64,000 nucleotides of DNA, taken from NCBI GenBank assembly GCA_963740085.1, contig CAVUCU010000001.1:1248001-1312000 (forward strand), written 5' to 3'. The notes under the pieces are model-generated. The model did no database searches. It saw only the letters and a list, made by a program, of their open reading frames with translations, and was not told the DNA's origin. This document shows, piece by piece, positions 18,901-28,687 of the stretch. The translations under genes were made by a program, and so were the position numbers. Origin of the DNA: Nitrospirota bacterium (GTDB lineage: Bacteria; Nitrospirota; UBA9217). Within the stretch, counting starts at the first letter, position 1. Each line of letters opens with the position of its first letter.

Positions 18901-19116
18901 CATCGGCGCATTGATGATGATCGAGGCGGAGGCGTTTACGGCAAAACAGACCGCAATCACCGTTGCCAGGACGAATGAGCAAAGTATGGATCCAGACTGC
19001 CGGAAATAGGTATTCCTGCAAGGAGCTGAGACCTTTCCCTGTGGCAAAGCTTTCTTTGTTCCGATAAAGTTCATCTCACGTTGTCCCGAATAATCTCCCG
19101 CTGATCTTTTACTCAT
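15991..19116 (-). CDS. L-type lectin plus DUF11 repeat adhesin; putative pilus tip
   Basis: WLRLT...GADG...GGSLGY...GVDEFGNF...AASTGG legume-lectin-like motifs, followed by three DUF11 domains. Confidence 0.75.
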   Translation of the reverse strand: MSKRSAGDYSGQREMNFIGTKKALPQGKVSAPCRNTYFRQSGSILCSFVLATVIAVCFAVNASASIIINAPMTDTNSTGWILGGNPSSAVLTGNGAIDPAGQGWLRLTNATGNQTGFAYNTTTFDLSAGLLIEFDYATWGGNGADGYSVYLFDGGASPFNIGAFGGSLGYAQKLSTAACSPVNPSVPGISGGYVGIGVDEFGNFAYGCEGRYNGTSQRPNTVTIRGSVVGFGGGAIGQTSNTNSYPWIATSANNGSLWYNGSPRPSQTGVSYRKVRIQISPAPNPVANVWVAFGYGSPLVYTQMITNQALPAISTAQKLMIGYAASTGGSTNYHEIRNLLVSNQNTTTAIDLAITKTFLDVTSGSTTTASAGDTVRYTVIASNTGPNNVTATGVGIQDTVPAAITGVAWTCAGSGGATCGAASGSGNNINTTANLPRYGYVTYTITGTVSAPAPSLLSNTASLVIPGSITDYNSNNDSVTVNIPVNSNLSTSTKTWTDTNGGDQNPGDVIPYTITLNETGGAAVSGVSVTDTFQATLTNLSVISCPAGATCTIVGQVLTASNILVPANGTAAIVVSTTIAGGAAIGTLINNTATITNPAGTGATPAAPAITVSQSQVPVTGLKQLYLYGAGGGAPGPISRSISGNNSTITIGAATSSQIWAQDVAMQLPMTLDPNSNNVPVNLYMSCTNGRTGNVRVNLTCGAISLTQTKSIAFAAGGTVYLQTFNLPYSPPQTCAQGNKWTLTITNTGISRALTVYPINGGNRSYVDLPSATVINVNSVTAYSTAYPLVTIPASFTTGTVYLRAVVSDPFGSFDINASNNATTQPMITVKDPGNVTVINAVAMPQVADSGVATKTFEYAFPLTAPAPSGNWTVSVTAPEGTEGTVSHTGVGTFNVSLLPSLMVVKSSSVISDPINGVSASAKAIPGAEVQYTIQVINNGSGVADADSIAITDVIPANMTMYVDTAGSAVTFSCSGCGLTTPWTYANAVSYSYQPGGGPPYVYPPTTIGYDPLVKGVRIKPSGTLNGGGASFTVKFKVSIN

Positions 19117-19238
19117 TTAGGCCTGGCCTTCGTGTCTTGATCTGGCTCAGAAAGTTCTTTATAGAAAATTTTGCCTTAAATTGATCGGTACTTCTGCCGT
19201 AAATCGTTATCAAGAGATATCTGCTTCAACTTGGTAAT

Positions 19239-19267
19239 ATTATACGAAGAATAAAAATAATAGTCAA
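19239..19267 (-). promoter_or_regulatory. Sigma70-type promoter of the DUF11 operon
   Basis: TTGACT-N17-TATAAT on the minus strand in an AT-rich context. Confidence 0.7.
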
Positions 19268-19453
19268 GACATTTTTTTTTGGTTAAATAGGTTTAAAACC
19301 GCCACATGGAGACAATAAAAACTTGATACTATTATGTTTTTTCTTACCGTCCGCAGGATTAGTTTTAGTAAATTGCAAGGCATTCCCTTGTCGTAATCTC
19401 ATGCCTGGCTATATATCTGCAAACCAGAATGAGATAGCAATGAAAAGTCAGCA

Positions 19454-20416
19454 TTATCCTCTCAGATGGCAATCAACGAAATGTCCATTGCCGAGATCGG
19501 TAGTCTTCGGTATGGTCTTGTCGCAGGGCTCAAATCGGTAGATACAGCGGGTGTGGAAGCGGCAGCCGGGCGGTATTTGTGTGGGGCTCGGGATGTCTCC
19601 CTTGAGAAGGATGTGTTTCTTTTTCACCATGGGGTCGGCAACAGGAATATCGGCAAGGAGCGCTTCGGTGTAGGGATGGGAAGGGTTTTTATAGATTTCT
19701 TCAGCGGGTGCTATCTCGACGATCTTGCCGAGATACATGACGGCCACGCGGTCCGAAAAATGACGCACGAGATTGAGGTCGTGAGCGATGAACAGGAATG
19801 AAAGGCTTAACTCTTCACGAAGGTCCTCAAGCAGGTTGATGATTTGGGCCTGGACCGACACATCAAGTGCCGAGACCGGTTCGTCCGCTACGATGAACGA
19901 TGGTCCGCTCGCAAGGGCGCGTGCTATGCCGATGCGCTGACGCTGGCCGCCTGAGAATTCGTGCGGATAGCGTCGCAGGGCATCCGCGGGCAAACCTACT
20001 TTTTCGAGCAAGGCAGCGCCCCGCTCCCCAAGTTCATCATCCTTTGCAAGTCCGTGAATTACGAGCGGCTCGGTGATGATCTCCAGAATGCGCATACGGG
20101 GATTGAGCGAAGCAAAGGGGTCCTGAAAAATGATCTGCATCTTCTTCCGCAGTTCCCTGAGTGCCTGCTTGTCGAGTGTGCGGAGGTCCTTTCCCTCGAA
20201 CGACACGCTTCCGGACGTAGGTTCCAACAACCTGAGCGCAAGCCTGCCGAGCGTGGATTTACCACAGCCGCTCTCGCCTACAAGACCGACAGCTTCGGCC
20301 CTGGCCACCGAAAGAGTAACACCGTCAACAGCCGTCGCCCGCATAGACTCGCCCAATCGGGTTTTCACGGGAAAGGTCTTCTTAACATTATCGATGAGGA
20401 GAAGGTTGTTATTCAT
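19454..20416 (-). CDS. oppF: Oligopeptide/dipeptide ABC transporter ATP-binding protein (OppF/DppF type)
   Basis: GESGCGKST, FSGGQRQR and ADEPVSALD motifs; C-terminal HPYT and Cys motif. Confidence 0.85.
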   Translation of the reverse strand: MNNNLLLIDNVKKTFPVKTRLGESMRATAVDGVTLSVARAEAVGLVGESGCGKSTLGRLALRLLEPTSGSVSFEGKDLRTLDKQALRELRKKMQIIFQDPFASLNPRMRILEIITEPLVIHGLAKDDELGERGAALLEKVGLPADALRRYPHEFSGGQRQRIGIARALASGPSFIVADEPVSALDVSVQAQIINLLEDLREELSLSFLFIAHDLNLVRHFSDRVAVMYLGKIVEIAPAEEIYKNPSHPYTEALLADIPVADPMVKKKHILLKGDIPSPTQIPPGCRFHTRCIYRFEPCDKTIPKTTDLGNGHFVDCHLRG

Positions 20417-20547
20417 CAGATTTCACTCTAAAGCTCAAGGCTCCCCTGCTATCCAGACTGGAACACTTCAATGACCGCTTCGCTTCTTTTCGTATCCGGC
20501 TTCTGTACTTCGATCACAGGTTCTGCCTGGAGTTGGGCGCCTATTTT

Positions 20548-21513
20548 TTAACGGGCCTCCCAGCATCTCACCAGATGTCCCGGCTTTACTTCAACAAGAT
20601 CCGGCTCCACCACACATTGCGCGGTCTTTATTTCGCAGCGCGGAGAGAACGTGCAGCCCTTTGGCAGATCATAAAGCCGCGGAACGGTCCCTGCAATTGT
20701 CTTAAGCCTTGTCTTTCCCGCCTCAACGGGCCTGGGGATCGAGGCCATGAGGCCGCGCGTGTAAGGATGCTGGGGATTCGCAAAAAGCTCGCGGGTACCG
20801 GTCTGCTCAACGATCCTGCCGGCATACATCACCGCCACGTCGTGCGCGCGTTCTGCGATCAGCCCGAGATCATGGGTAACGAGGATCATGGCCATGCCCA
20901 TCTCGGACTGGATCTTTCCCAGAAGTTCAAGGATATGGGCCTGGATCGTGACATCGAGCGCTGTAGTCGGTTCGTCGGCGAGGATGAGCGAGGGTTTGCA
21001 CGCGATTGCCATTGCGATCATCACGCGCTGGCGCATACCTCCCGAAAGCTGATGGGGGTACTCGTGCACGCGCTTCTCCGGCGATGGAATACCGACAGAT
21101 CGTAGAAGCTCCACGGCGGAGTCCATGGCCTGGCGATGTGAAACATCCTGATGTGCGCTCAGGACCTCGGCAATCTGGTTGCCCACCGTAAAAACGGGAT
21201 TCAGCGCGGTCATGGGCTCCTGAAAGATCATGGAGATCCTTGCACCGCGGACGGCCCTCATTGCATCGGCAGAGAGGGCAAGCAAATTCTGGCCGTCGAA
21301 GAGGATCTTTCCGGAAATGATTTTGCCGGGATAGGGAACGAGGTTGAGAATGGAGAGAGCGGTTACGGTCTTGCCACACCCTGATTCGCCGACCAGACCG
21401 AGGACACGACCTTTCTGCAGCCCGAGACTAAGGTTGTCGATCGCCTTGATCACGCCAGCGCGGGTAAAAAAATGCGTGGTCAAGCCCTGTATTTCAAGAA
21501 GGTCCAAAGGCAA
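20548..21513 (-). CDS. oppD: Oligopeptide/dipeptide ABC transporter ATP-binding protein (OppD/DppD type)
   Basis: [16 protein letters not shown] and ADEPTTALD motifs. Confidence 0.85.
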   Translation of the reverse strand: MPLDLLEIQGLTTHFFTRAGVIKAIDNLSLGLQKGRVLGLVGESGCGKTVTALSILNLVPYPGKIISGKILFDGQNLLALSADAMRAVRGARISMIFQEPMTALNPVFTVGNQIAEVLSAHQDVSHRQAMDSAVELLRSVGIPSPEKRVHEYPHQLSGGMRQRVMIAMAIACKPSLILADEPTTALDVTIQAHILELLGKIQSEMGMAMILVTHDLGLIAERAHDVAVMYAGRIVEQTGTRELFANPQHPYTRGLMASIPRPVEAGKTRLKTIAGTVPRLYDLPKGCTFSPRCEIKTAQCVVEPDLVEVKPGHLVRCWEAR

Positions 21514-21520
21514 AGCTCCG

Positions 21521-22252
21521 TCAGGGATTTTGGGGTTTGACGAAATTCAGGTACGTCCTCACGGCGGAGTTGTTGGGATCGATCACGAGCGCTTCCTGCC
21601 ACTCCTCCTCGGCAAGACCGAAAAAACCCTGCGAGTAATAGGCAATGCCAAGATGCAGCCGCGCCGGGATGTATCGGGGATTGCTCATCTTGGCGCGGGC
21701 GAATTCCTTGATTGCCTCGTCGTAGCGCCCCTTCTCGCGAAGGGCTATCCCGAGGTGAGTGATGATATCGGCAAAGTTCGGCGAAAGACGCAGTGCCTTT
21801 TGATATTCGTCGATCGCATCATCCAGAAGCCGAAGGTCATAGTACATGTTCCCGATTCGCAAGTGTTCGGCCGCGAGCTTGCCTTTGACAAAGGGATCGA
21901 TTCCGGACGCAGCAGAGGTCTTATCCGTTGCCAGCTCGGCAAAGTGGGCTGCGCGCTCAAATACCAGGCGGGCCTTCTCATACTGGCCAAGATCACTGTA
22001 GGTAATGGCCAGATTGAGCGACGCCTCGGTGTAGCCTGCATTGAGGTCCAGCGCTTTTTCAAAGGCCTGCGCCGCGAGTTCGAGCCGGTTGGTCTGGTTA
22101 TAAATAATGCCTAATTTGTTCTGAATGTCAGCGAACCTGGGGTTGATGGTAAGGATCTCCTGAAAAATGCGCCCTGCTTTTTCATAATCCTTTGCGTCGT
22201 AAAACTCATTTCCCCGCTTGTACAGTTCATCAAGCTTTGTCTGCATGTTCAT
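21521..22252 (-). CDS. Tetratricopeptide repeat protein
   Basis: Repeated NxLGxxY...AxxxFxxALxxNP; GGAG RBS before ATG 22252. Confidence 0.85.
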   Translation of the reverse strand: MNMQTKLDELYKRGNEFYDAKDYEKAGRIFQEILTINPRFADIQNKLGIIYNQTNRLELAAQAFEKALDLNAGYTEASLNLAITYSDLGQYEKARLVFERAAHFAELATDKTSAASGIDPFVKGKLAAEHLRIGNMYYDLRLLDDAIDEYQKALRLSPNFADIITHLGIALREKGRYDEAIKEFARAKMSNPRYIPARLHLGIAYYSQGFFGLAEEEWQEALVIDPNNSAVRTYLNFVKPQNP

Positions 22253-22476
22253 CCCGTCTCCATAAAATGGTTGGCGCACTCTTTTACGTTCTTGTGCAAA
22301 AAATTTATCACACCTCGGCATAGTATGTCAATGAAAAACCAAGGGAAGGCCTTTTGTAGCGCACGAAATACATGCAATAAAAAGAGAGTACCTTGAGGGG
22401 GATGCCGGGTTCAATCAGCAGGAACCGCTTCTCAAATGAGACCACGTCGCATGATCAGCGTCAACGCAAAAATAAA

Positions 22477-22508
22477 AGCCGACGCAGATGAACAGCGCCG
22501 GCTTTTTT
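22477..22508 (-). terminator. Intrinsic terminator
   Basis: aaaagccgacgc...gcgccggctttt hairpin flanked by A and T tracts. Confidence 0.5.
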
Positions 22509-22531
22509 GTTCTTTTTAGACGGGGCCGATA

Positions 22532-23122
22532 CTATTTCAACCGGGTATAACCCTTTATCTGAAGAATGTCCTTGTGCTCCCCATCCTTAACTTCCTTTTC
22601 AAAGTCATCTTTGGCCTCTTTAACGTCTTTATCGGACATGTCCTTTCCGGGATGTTGAGTGTCATACACAACGAAATTGGCCTCCTGGACTTCCTTTGCA
22701 AATTCCTCGGCGGTCATTGGCGAAAAACGGGTAACGATGTTCCAGCCGGGATAGATCCCCTGCTGTAACAAATAGATCTTGCCTGCCTCGAATTTCAGAC
22801 GGGCGGTATCGGTATTGTCCGCATGTGATATGACGTAATGCACACCGGGAGTCACCTCGGTGATGAAAAACATCTTGCCCTGGGTCTGGCCGATCATTTT
22901 GCCGTCAAGATAGTTGTCGACAACGTTGCCCCAGCCGAAGGAAGTGGTCCGAATGATGACGAGCACCGACTTGTCGGATCTCGCGGCGATCGAGGGCTTG
23001 CCCTCTTTTGCGATCATGTGTGTTCCGGCAACACAACTCCACAGAATAACCGGCAGAATCAATAAAGCACAGACTGCGAACCACCTCGGAACAAAACCTC
23101 TTGTCGTAGAATGTCTGTTCAT
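22532..23122 (-). CDS. Putative lipoprotein (DUF2846-like)
   Basis: Hydrophobic signal ending LWS-C; YLDGKMIG...PGVHY pattern. Confidence 0.55.
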   Translation of the reverse strand: MNRHSTTRGFVPRWFAVCALLILPVILWSCVAGTHMIAKEGKPSIAARSDKSVLVIIRTTSFGWGNVVDNYLDGKMIGQTQGKMFFITEVTPGVHYVISHADNTDTARLKFEAGKIYLLQQGIYPGWNIVTRFSPMTAEEFAKEVQEANFVVYDTQHPGKDMSDKDVKEAKDDFEKEVKDGEHKDILQIKGYTRLK

Positions 23123-23303
23123 AACCGTTCCTCCTCTAAGATTATATGGAACTGCTCTCCTGGCTTACCGAATCCCCTTGCATTGATTATGGGAAGGATC
23201 GATGCTGTGCCTTTCCAATACCCACACCTAAAAGTATAGACGAAGCTGCTCTGTTCTTCAACCCGAAAATTTCCGCGGCGCAAGAAGAGAGCGGACAGGC
23301 CAT

Positions 23304-24200
23304 TTACCACAAATACCTCAGCGGGTCCCGGGAAAGGCCGTTCTTTCGTATCTCGAAGTGCAGATGGGGGCCGGTAGTACGTCCCGTGTGCCCGACCATT
23401 GCGATTATCTGGCCTTTCTTCACGGTCCTGCCTGCTGTCGCCAGGACCTGCGAGCAGTGACCATAGAGCGTGGTGTATGAGTCACTGTGCGAAAGGATCA
23501 CAAATTTGCCGATGTATTCTCCTTCGCCGGTCTGGAGCACCGTGCCCGCCGCCGCGGCCGCGATACGAGTTCCCTCTCCCGCCGCCAGATCCACGCCAGT
23601 GTGTTTGCCGCGGAATCCACCCACGGGGTGGGTGCGCAGACCCATGCCCGAGGTGATCCTGCCGGGGAATGGGGAACCAAAAATGCCACGCAGACTATAG
23701 TTCGATCTCATCTCTTCGCTCAGATAAACCGGCCTCGCCCCCGTAATAAACAGATCCAGGCCAGGAACAAGAATGTGCTTCGGCCCCAGGTTGTTCACCA
23801 AGGCCATGGCTTCAGGAGACGCATTGTAAAGCGCCGAGATCGTGTTCACGTTTTCCTGCTCTGCGGTCCTGTGTACCACGCCTTTGCGGTTCGGAACACG
23901 GATCGTCTGTCCCAGCGCAGCATGCAGTTTTTCGAGGCCCGGGTTTGCGCCCACGAGGGTATCGATGTCCACACCGTATTTTTTCGCAACCTTCCAGAAG
24001 TTTTCCTTCGGTGCAATCTTGTGCTCCGCCAGCATGATGCCGGCTTTTGCCCAACCCGCCTCGATCTGTTTCTGCGTTACCATGCGTGATGAGATGATTC
24101 GTTTGTGGATCTGCACGCTGAGCAGGGCCGTAGCGGCGATAATGATAAGGCCCACGGCAATGGCCTTCGCCAAAATTTTCGGGGAAAGAGATTTTTGCAT
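23304..24200 (-). CDS. LysM-containing M23 family metallopeptidase
   Basis: Two LysM-like repeats; HTGVD, YGH and GPHLHFE motifs. Confidence 0.9.
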   Translation of the reverse strand: MQKSLSPKILAKAIAVGLIIIAATALLSVQIHKRIISSRMVTQKQIEAGWAKAGIMLAEHKIAPKENFWKVAKKYGVDIDTLVGANPGLEKLHAALGQTIRVPNRKGVVHRTAEQENVNTISALYNASPEAMALVNNLGPKHILVPGLDLFITGARPVYLSEEMRSNYSLRGIFGSPFPGRITSGMGLRTHPVGGFRGKHTGVDLAAGEGTRIAAAAAGTVLQTGEGEYIGKFVILSHSDSYTTLYGHCSQVLATAGRTVKKGQIIAMVGHTGRTTGPHLHFEIRKNGLSRDPLRYLW

Positions 24201-24224
24201 ACGGTGTGTGATCGACGACCTTCG

Positions 24225-25097
24225 CTACATGCCCCCCGTCTTTAAACGAGCGAGCACCTCTTTTCGATAGGCCTGATGCAGGGCAGCAGTGACCGGTCCG
24301 GGTGTTCCTTTTCCGATCATCTTTTTGTCTATGATCGCTACCGGCATGATCTCCATGGTGGTATTGGTGATAAAAGATTCATCTGCAATCAGGAGGTCCT
24401 TCGGCCGGAGCATGGCTTCCCTGACGGGGATCTTTTTTCTTTTGGCGAGGCGAAGAACCAGATCACGCGTAACACCCTTGAGAATGCCGGTGTCCAGGTG
24501 GGGTGTATACAAGACCCCCCCTTTCACCATGAATATGTTGCTGATGGTCCCCTCCGCCACGTAGCCTTCCCAGTTGAGCATGATCCCCTCGTACGCACGG
24601 GCTTTGACGGCCTCGATTTTGGCGAGGATGTTATTCAGGAAGTTCGTGCCTTTGATGGACGGCGGGAGCGCAAGCGGGTGATTACGCCGTGTTTTTACAA
24701 TGGCCGCGGAAACTCCGCGTTCGTAGTATGCGGTGGGATAATCGTGAAAGGGCTTTGCAATGATCACCATGGTCGGGGCACGGCAGAGCGCCGGGTCGAG
24801 ACCGATCTCACCAGGCCCGCGTGAGACATGAAGCCGCACATAGGCTTCCTGGAGTCTGTTAACGCTCAGCGATTCGTTCAGTGCGTCTGCGATTTTGTTG
24901 AGCGGCAAGGGAAGCTTGAGGGATATGGCATTGGCCGAGTGTTTTAGCCGGGCGAGGTGATTTTTGAGAAGAAAAAACTTCCCCTCATAGGCGCGCATGG
25001 TCTCATAGATCCCGTCTCCGTAAAGAAAACCATGGTCAAAGACCGAGACCTGCGCCTGTTCCCGTGCGACAAAATGACCATCAAGATAAACGAGCAT
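24225..25097 (-). CDS. Class IV aminotransferase (IlvE/PabC family)
   Basis: DHGFLYGDGIYET, EGTISNIF and GILKGVTR motifs. Confidence 0.85.
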   Translation of the reverse strand: MLVYLDGHFVAREQAQVSVFDHGFLYGDGIYETMRAYEGKFFLLKNHLARLKHSANAISLKLPLPLNKIADALNESLSVNRLQEAYVRLHVSRGPGEIGLDPALCRAPTMVIIAKPFHDYPTAYYERGVSAAIVKTRRNHPLALPPSIKGTNFLNNILAKIEAVKARAYEGIMLNWEGYVAEGTISNIFMVKGGVLYTPHLDTGILKGVTRDLVLRLAKRKKIPVREAMLRPKDLLIADESFITNTTMEIMPVAIIDKKMIGKGTPGPVTAALHQAYRKEVLARLKTGGM

Positions 25098-25273
25098 GGT
25101 GAAAAAGTATCATTATTGAATGGGAGTGTCAAACTGTTTTTCTTTGAGAATGGTGAACTATAAATCAAGCAGCACCTTTTACAAAAGGGGCTTTCCCGAT
25201 TGTTCAATTTTCAGAGCCTGTCCCGCCCTGCGGGATGCGGTCTGCGGCGAAAAGTGAAGTGCGTTACCGAGGT

Positions 25274-26335
25274 TCACACTTTATCCAGCTTCTTCAGGAA
25301 CCCGAACATGTCGAAGCCGGCGCTGATCAGCTCCTTTGCCCGCTCGATCTTTCGCTTCTCGAGGATGCTGGACTTCCCCATGCGAAGCTCGATCTTGTTG
25401 ATGGCGGAAAAGGTGTCGTCTGACACGGTCAGGATGGGAATGCCTCGGGCGCGGGCCTTGCCGAGCACGACCTCGTTCGTCTGAAATCCACCGGTCAGGA
25501 TGATGCACTTGGTCGAGGTCTCGAGTGCGGCCAGCTGGATATCGGTGCGGTGGGCGCCGGTGATCACTGCCTTGTTCAACGTCCTGCGGAAATAGTTGAG
25601 CGCGCTGTCCACGTCCATCGCGCCGACCAGGAAGTTCTCCACGAATTCGCCAAGCTTGTCCTCGCAGCAGAGCACGCGGCCGTTCAAGATCTCGTTTAGC
25701 TGCCCCACGGTCACGGACTCAAGAAATTTGTCCCGGGGGATCACCCCGTAGACCGGGACTCCCTTCGTCTCGAGAAAGGGCTTCACAATATTCTTCACGT
25801 GCTCGATCATGGCCTCCGGCACCTTGTTGATCACGCTGCCGGCATATCGTTTGCCGAGGACCGTACGCACACCGAAGAGCGAGTCGGCGGAGCTGTCTCC
25901 CCGCCAGGGCTCTACCATGAGCACCCGCGCCTTCATCTCTTCGGCAAGTGACAAGGCATCGATTCCGAGGAGCGCGCCCTCACGGAGGTTTTTTGCTCCG
26001 CAGAGGAAGAGGAAATCCTTCTTCTTGAACACGTCGAAAGCCGCGAGGATCCGCTTCTTCGCGTCAATGGCCTTTCCCTGATAGAGCAGCGTCTGCACCT
26101 CAAAGGTCATAACAAACGGCGATATCACGTCGAGCGGCTCGTCAAGCCCCAGCGTCTCCTTGATGAACAGGGCGTCGGCATCATAGCTTTCCTTGCCGCT
26201 CTGCACCGGGGAAGTGCCGAAGGGTTTCATGACCCCGACCTTGTAGCCCATATCCATAAGCTTCAGGGCAAGACCGAGGGAGATGAAGGTCCGGCCTGAG
26301 TAACCGACGTTGGATGCTACCAGGATGGAAATCAT
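25274..26335 (-). CDS. Phosphotransacetylase N-terminal-like protein (BioD-like AAA plus DRTGG)
   Basis: SGRTFISLG P-loop-like segment; MKPFG; ITGAHRTDIQLAAL...ILTGG. Confidence 0.8.
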   Translation of the reverse strand: MISILVASNVGYSGRTFISLGLALKLMDMGYKVGVMKPFGTSPVQSGKESYDADALFIKETLGLDEPLDVISPFVMTFEVQTLLYQGKAIDAKKRILAAFDVFKKKDFLFLCGAKNLREGALLGIDALSLAEEMKARVLMVEPWRGDSSADSLFGVRTVLGKRYAGSVINKVPEAMIEHVKNIVKPFLETKGVPVYGVIPRDKFLESVTVGQLNEILNGRVLCCEDKLGEFVENFLVGAMDVDSALNYFRRTLNKAVITGAHRTDIQLAALETSTKCIILTGGFQTNEVVLGKARARGIPILTVSDDTFSAINKIELRMGKSSILEKRKIERAKELISAGFDMFGFLKKLDKV

Positions 26336-26466
26336 AAGCCCTCCTAAGCGAAATTGGTTTTTTTACTATACTATCTGATGTTATTCATGTCAAACTTTAG
26401 GCTGCCATCAACTTAATCGCTTGCAAATTCGCTCTCCTTGTCCATTCATGACCATGCCTCATTACC

Positions 26467-28569
26467 TTATTTCTCGGTCTCCGGCTGCTCGAAAATGATC
26501 CTTGCATCAACCGCTATTGCGCCCTTTTCCATCACCATGAGCGGGTTCACATCCAGTTCCTGGATCTCCGGAAAATCGGATATGAGGCATGAGAGGTTCA
26601 CAATATAGCTCGCGATCGCGTTGATGTCGGACGGCCGTTCTCCGCGCGCGCCGAGCAGGAGACCGATGGTCTTGATCTGGTTCACCATGGCGAGCGCGTC
26701 ATGTCGCGATACCGGCACGATCCTGAAAGCCACGTCTTTCAACACCTCGACATAGATGCCGCCAAGGCCGAACATGATCATGTGGCCGAACGTGCGGTCG
26801 TACGTAACGCCAAGGATCACTTCCCTGCCGCCTTTCAGCATCTCGAAGATCATCACGCCCTTGATGAAGGAATCGGGCATGAGGCGCCGCGCATTTGCGG
26901 TGATCTCAAGAAAGGCGTCTTCCACTTCATTCGCCGTCTTCACGTTCACGCGTACGCCGCCCACGTCGGTCTTGTGCAGAATGTCCGGTGACGAGATCTT
27001 CATAACCACGGGGAACCCGATACTGGATGCAAGCCGGACCGCCTCGCGTGATGTCTTCGCGAGCGCCCGCTTCGGGAACTGGAACCCGTAATAGGTGAGG
27101 ATCCGCATCGCCTCCTCCTCGCCGACCTGATACACGCCGGACTTGAGGATGGAGGTGATGGTCTCGTGCGCTGAGTCGAAGTTGTACCAGCTCGCCACGA
27201 CCTCTTCAAGCGCTTGATCCTTCCATTCCCGGAAGCCTGCCAGCCGTTTGAACGCCTTGACCGCCAGTTCGGGATAGACAAAGTTCGGGATAGACGCGGC
27301 CTTAAGCAGGTTGATACCGGCGCGCACGCGCTTCGCGCCCATGAAGGACGCGATGATCGGTTTTTCCGTGGTCATTGCTGTTTGAATGACCGCTTCGGCG
27401 GTCTTTTCCACATCGGTCATGGCCTGGGGCGTCAGGATCACGAGGATGCCGTCCACGTTCGGGTCTTTGGCTGCCTGTTCGAGCACAACGGCATAGCGCT
27501 CCGACGTCGCGTCGCCGATCACATCAATGGGGTTGAAGATCGAGGCGTTCGGCGGGAGCTTCGCTGCGATGGCATCGATGCTCTCTTTGGTCATGAGCGG
27601 CAGCTTGACGCCGAGCCGTTCTGCGGAGTCGACTGCAATAATGCCCGGTCCGCCGGCGTTCGTGATCACCAGCAGGCGGTTCCCCGCCGGGATCTTGCCC
27701 TCGGAAAAGGTAAGCGCCATGTCGAAGAGGTCCTGCACGCCCAGGGCCCGCATTACACCGGTCTGTTGAAAGGCAGCATCAAAGGCAATGTCGGACCCGG
27801 CGAGCGCGCCGGTATGGGACGATGCAGCGCGCGCGCCGGCTTCGGAGCCGCCGGACTTGAGCAGGATGATGGGCTTGACCTTGGTTGCTTTTTGCGCGAT
27901 CTCGATAAAGCGCCTGCCGTCGACCACGTCCTCGATATAACCCAGGATAAGGCTTGTGTCGGGATCGTTCATGAAATAATCGATGAAGTCGATCTCCGAT
28001 AGGTCTGCCTTGTTCCCGAGGCTGATGAACTTCGAGAACCCGACACCATTCCCGATGGCCCAGTCCATGATCGCGATACCCATGGCGCCGGACTGGGAGA
28101 AGAAGCCGATCGTGCCTTTCAACAGCATGTCCGCGGCAAAGGTGGCGTTCAGATCGTTCGCGGTGTTGATGATACCGAGGCAGTTCGGCCCCAGGATGCG
28201 GATATGGTGCTTCTTGCTGATCTGTTTGAGTTCTTCTTCAAGCAGTGTACCGCCGGCGCCGGCCTCCTTGAACCCTGCGCTGATGACAATGGCTGATTTT
28301 ATGCCAGCCGCGGCGCATGCACGGAGCGAGTCCGGAACGAGTTTCGCGGGGATCACGACGATCGCGAGGTCTATGGGCTGTCCGATGTCAGACACCTTCG
28401 CGTATACCTTGAGCCCGAGAATTTCGCCGGATGACGGATTGACGGGATACAGAGCGCCCGTGAACTTGAACCGTATAAGATTATTCAGGACCGCGTAGCC
28501 GACCTTTCCGGGGTCCGCGGATGCACCGATAACAGCAATGGCGACGGGATTAAAGAGGGATTTGAGCAT
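26467..28569 (-). CDS. ADP-forming acetate/acyl-CoA ligase, fused alpha/beta subunits
   Basis: IAVIGAS, GPNCLG, SQSGA, ASSHTGALAG (phospho-His), NPIDVIGDA and ATP-grasp HKTDVGGV. Confidence 0.85.
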   Translation of the reverse strand: MLKSLFNPVAIAVIGASADPGKVGYAVLNNLIRFKFTGALYPVNPSSGEILGLKVYAKVSDIGQPIDLAIVVIPAKLVPDSLRACAAAGIKSAIVISAGFKEAGAGGTLLEEELKQISKKHHIRILGPNCLGIINTANDLNATFAADMLLKGTIGFFSQSGAMGIAIMDWAIGNGVGFSKFISLGNKADLSEIDFIDYFMNDPDTSLILGYIEDVVDGRRFIEIAQKATKVKPIILLKSGGSEAGARAASSHTGALAGSDIAFDAAFQQTGVMRALGVQDLFDMALTFSEGKIPAGNRLLVITNAGGPGIIAVDSAERLGVKLPLMTKESIDAIAAKLPPNASIFNPIDVIGDATSERYAVVLEQAAKDPNVDGILVILTPQAMTDVEKTAEAVIQTAMTTEKPIIASFMGAKRVRAGINLLKAASIPNFVYPELAVKAFKRLAGFREWKDQALEEVVASWYNFDSAHETITSILKSGVYQVGEEEAMRILTYYGFQFPKRALAKTSREAVRLASSIGFPVVMKISSPDILHKTDVGGVRVNVKTANEVEDAFLEITANARRLMPDSFIKGVMIFEMLKGGREVILGVTYDRTFGHMIMFGLGGIYVEVLKDVAFRIVPVSRHDALAMVNQIKTIGLLLGARGERPSDINAIASYIVNLSCLISDFPEIQELDVNPLMVMEKGAIAVDARIIFEQPETEK

Positions 28570-28687
28570 GTTGATGTAAGTGTAATGGAGAAACATTGAC
28601 GGGTCAAGGACAAAGAAGCACAACGGGGCGTTTTGCAAAACGTTGCTCTCAGGGTCGCTCTTCTGCTATAATTCAATAGAGAAAAAA

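Noticed and set aside
19117-19453. c-di-GMP riboswitch upstream of the DUF11 operon
   Set aside because: No GEMM-like motif is visible; only an AT-rich sigma70 promoter.
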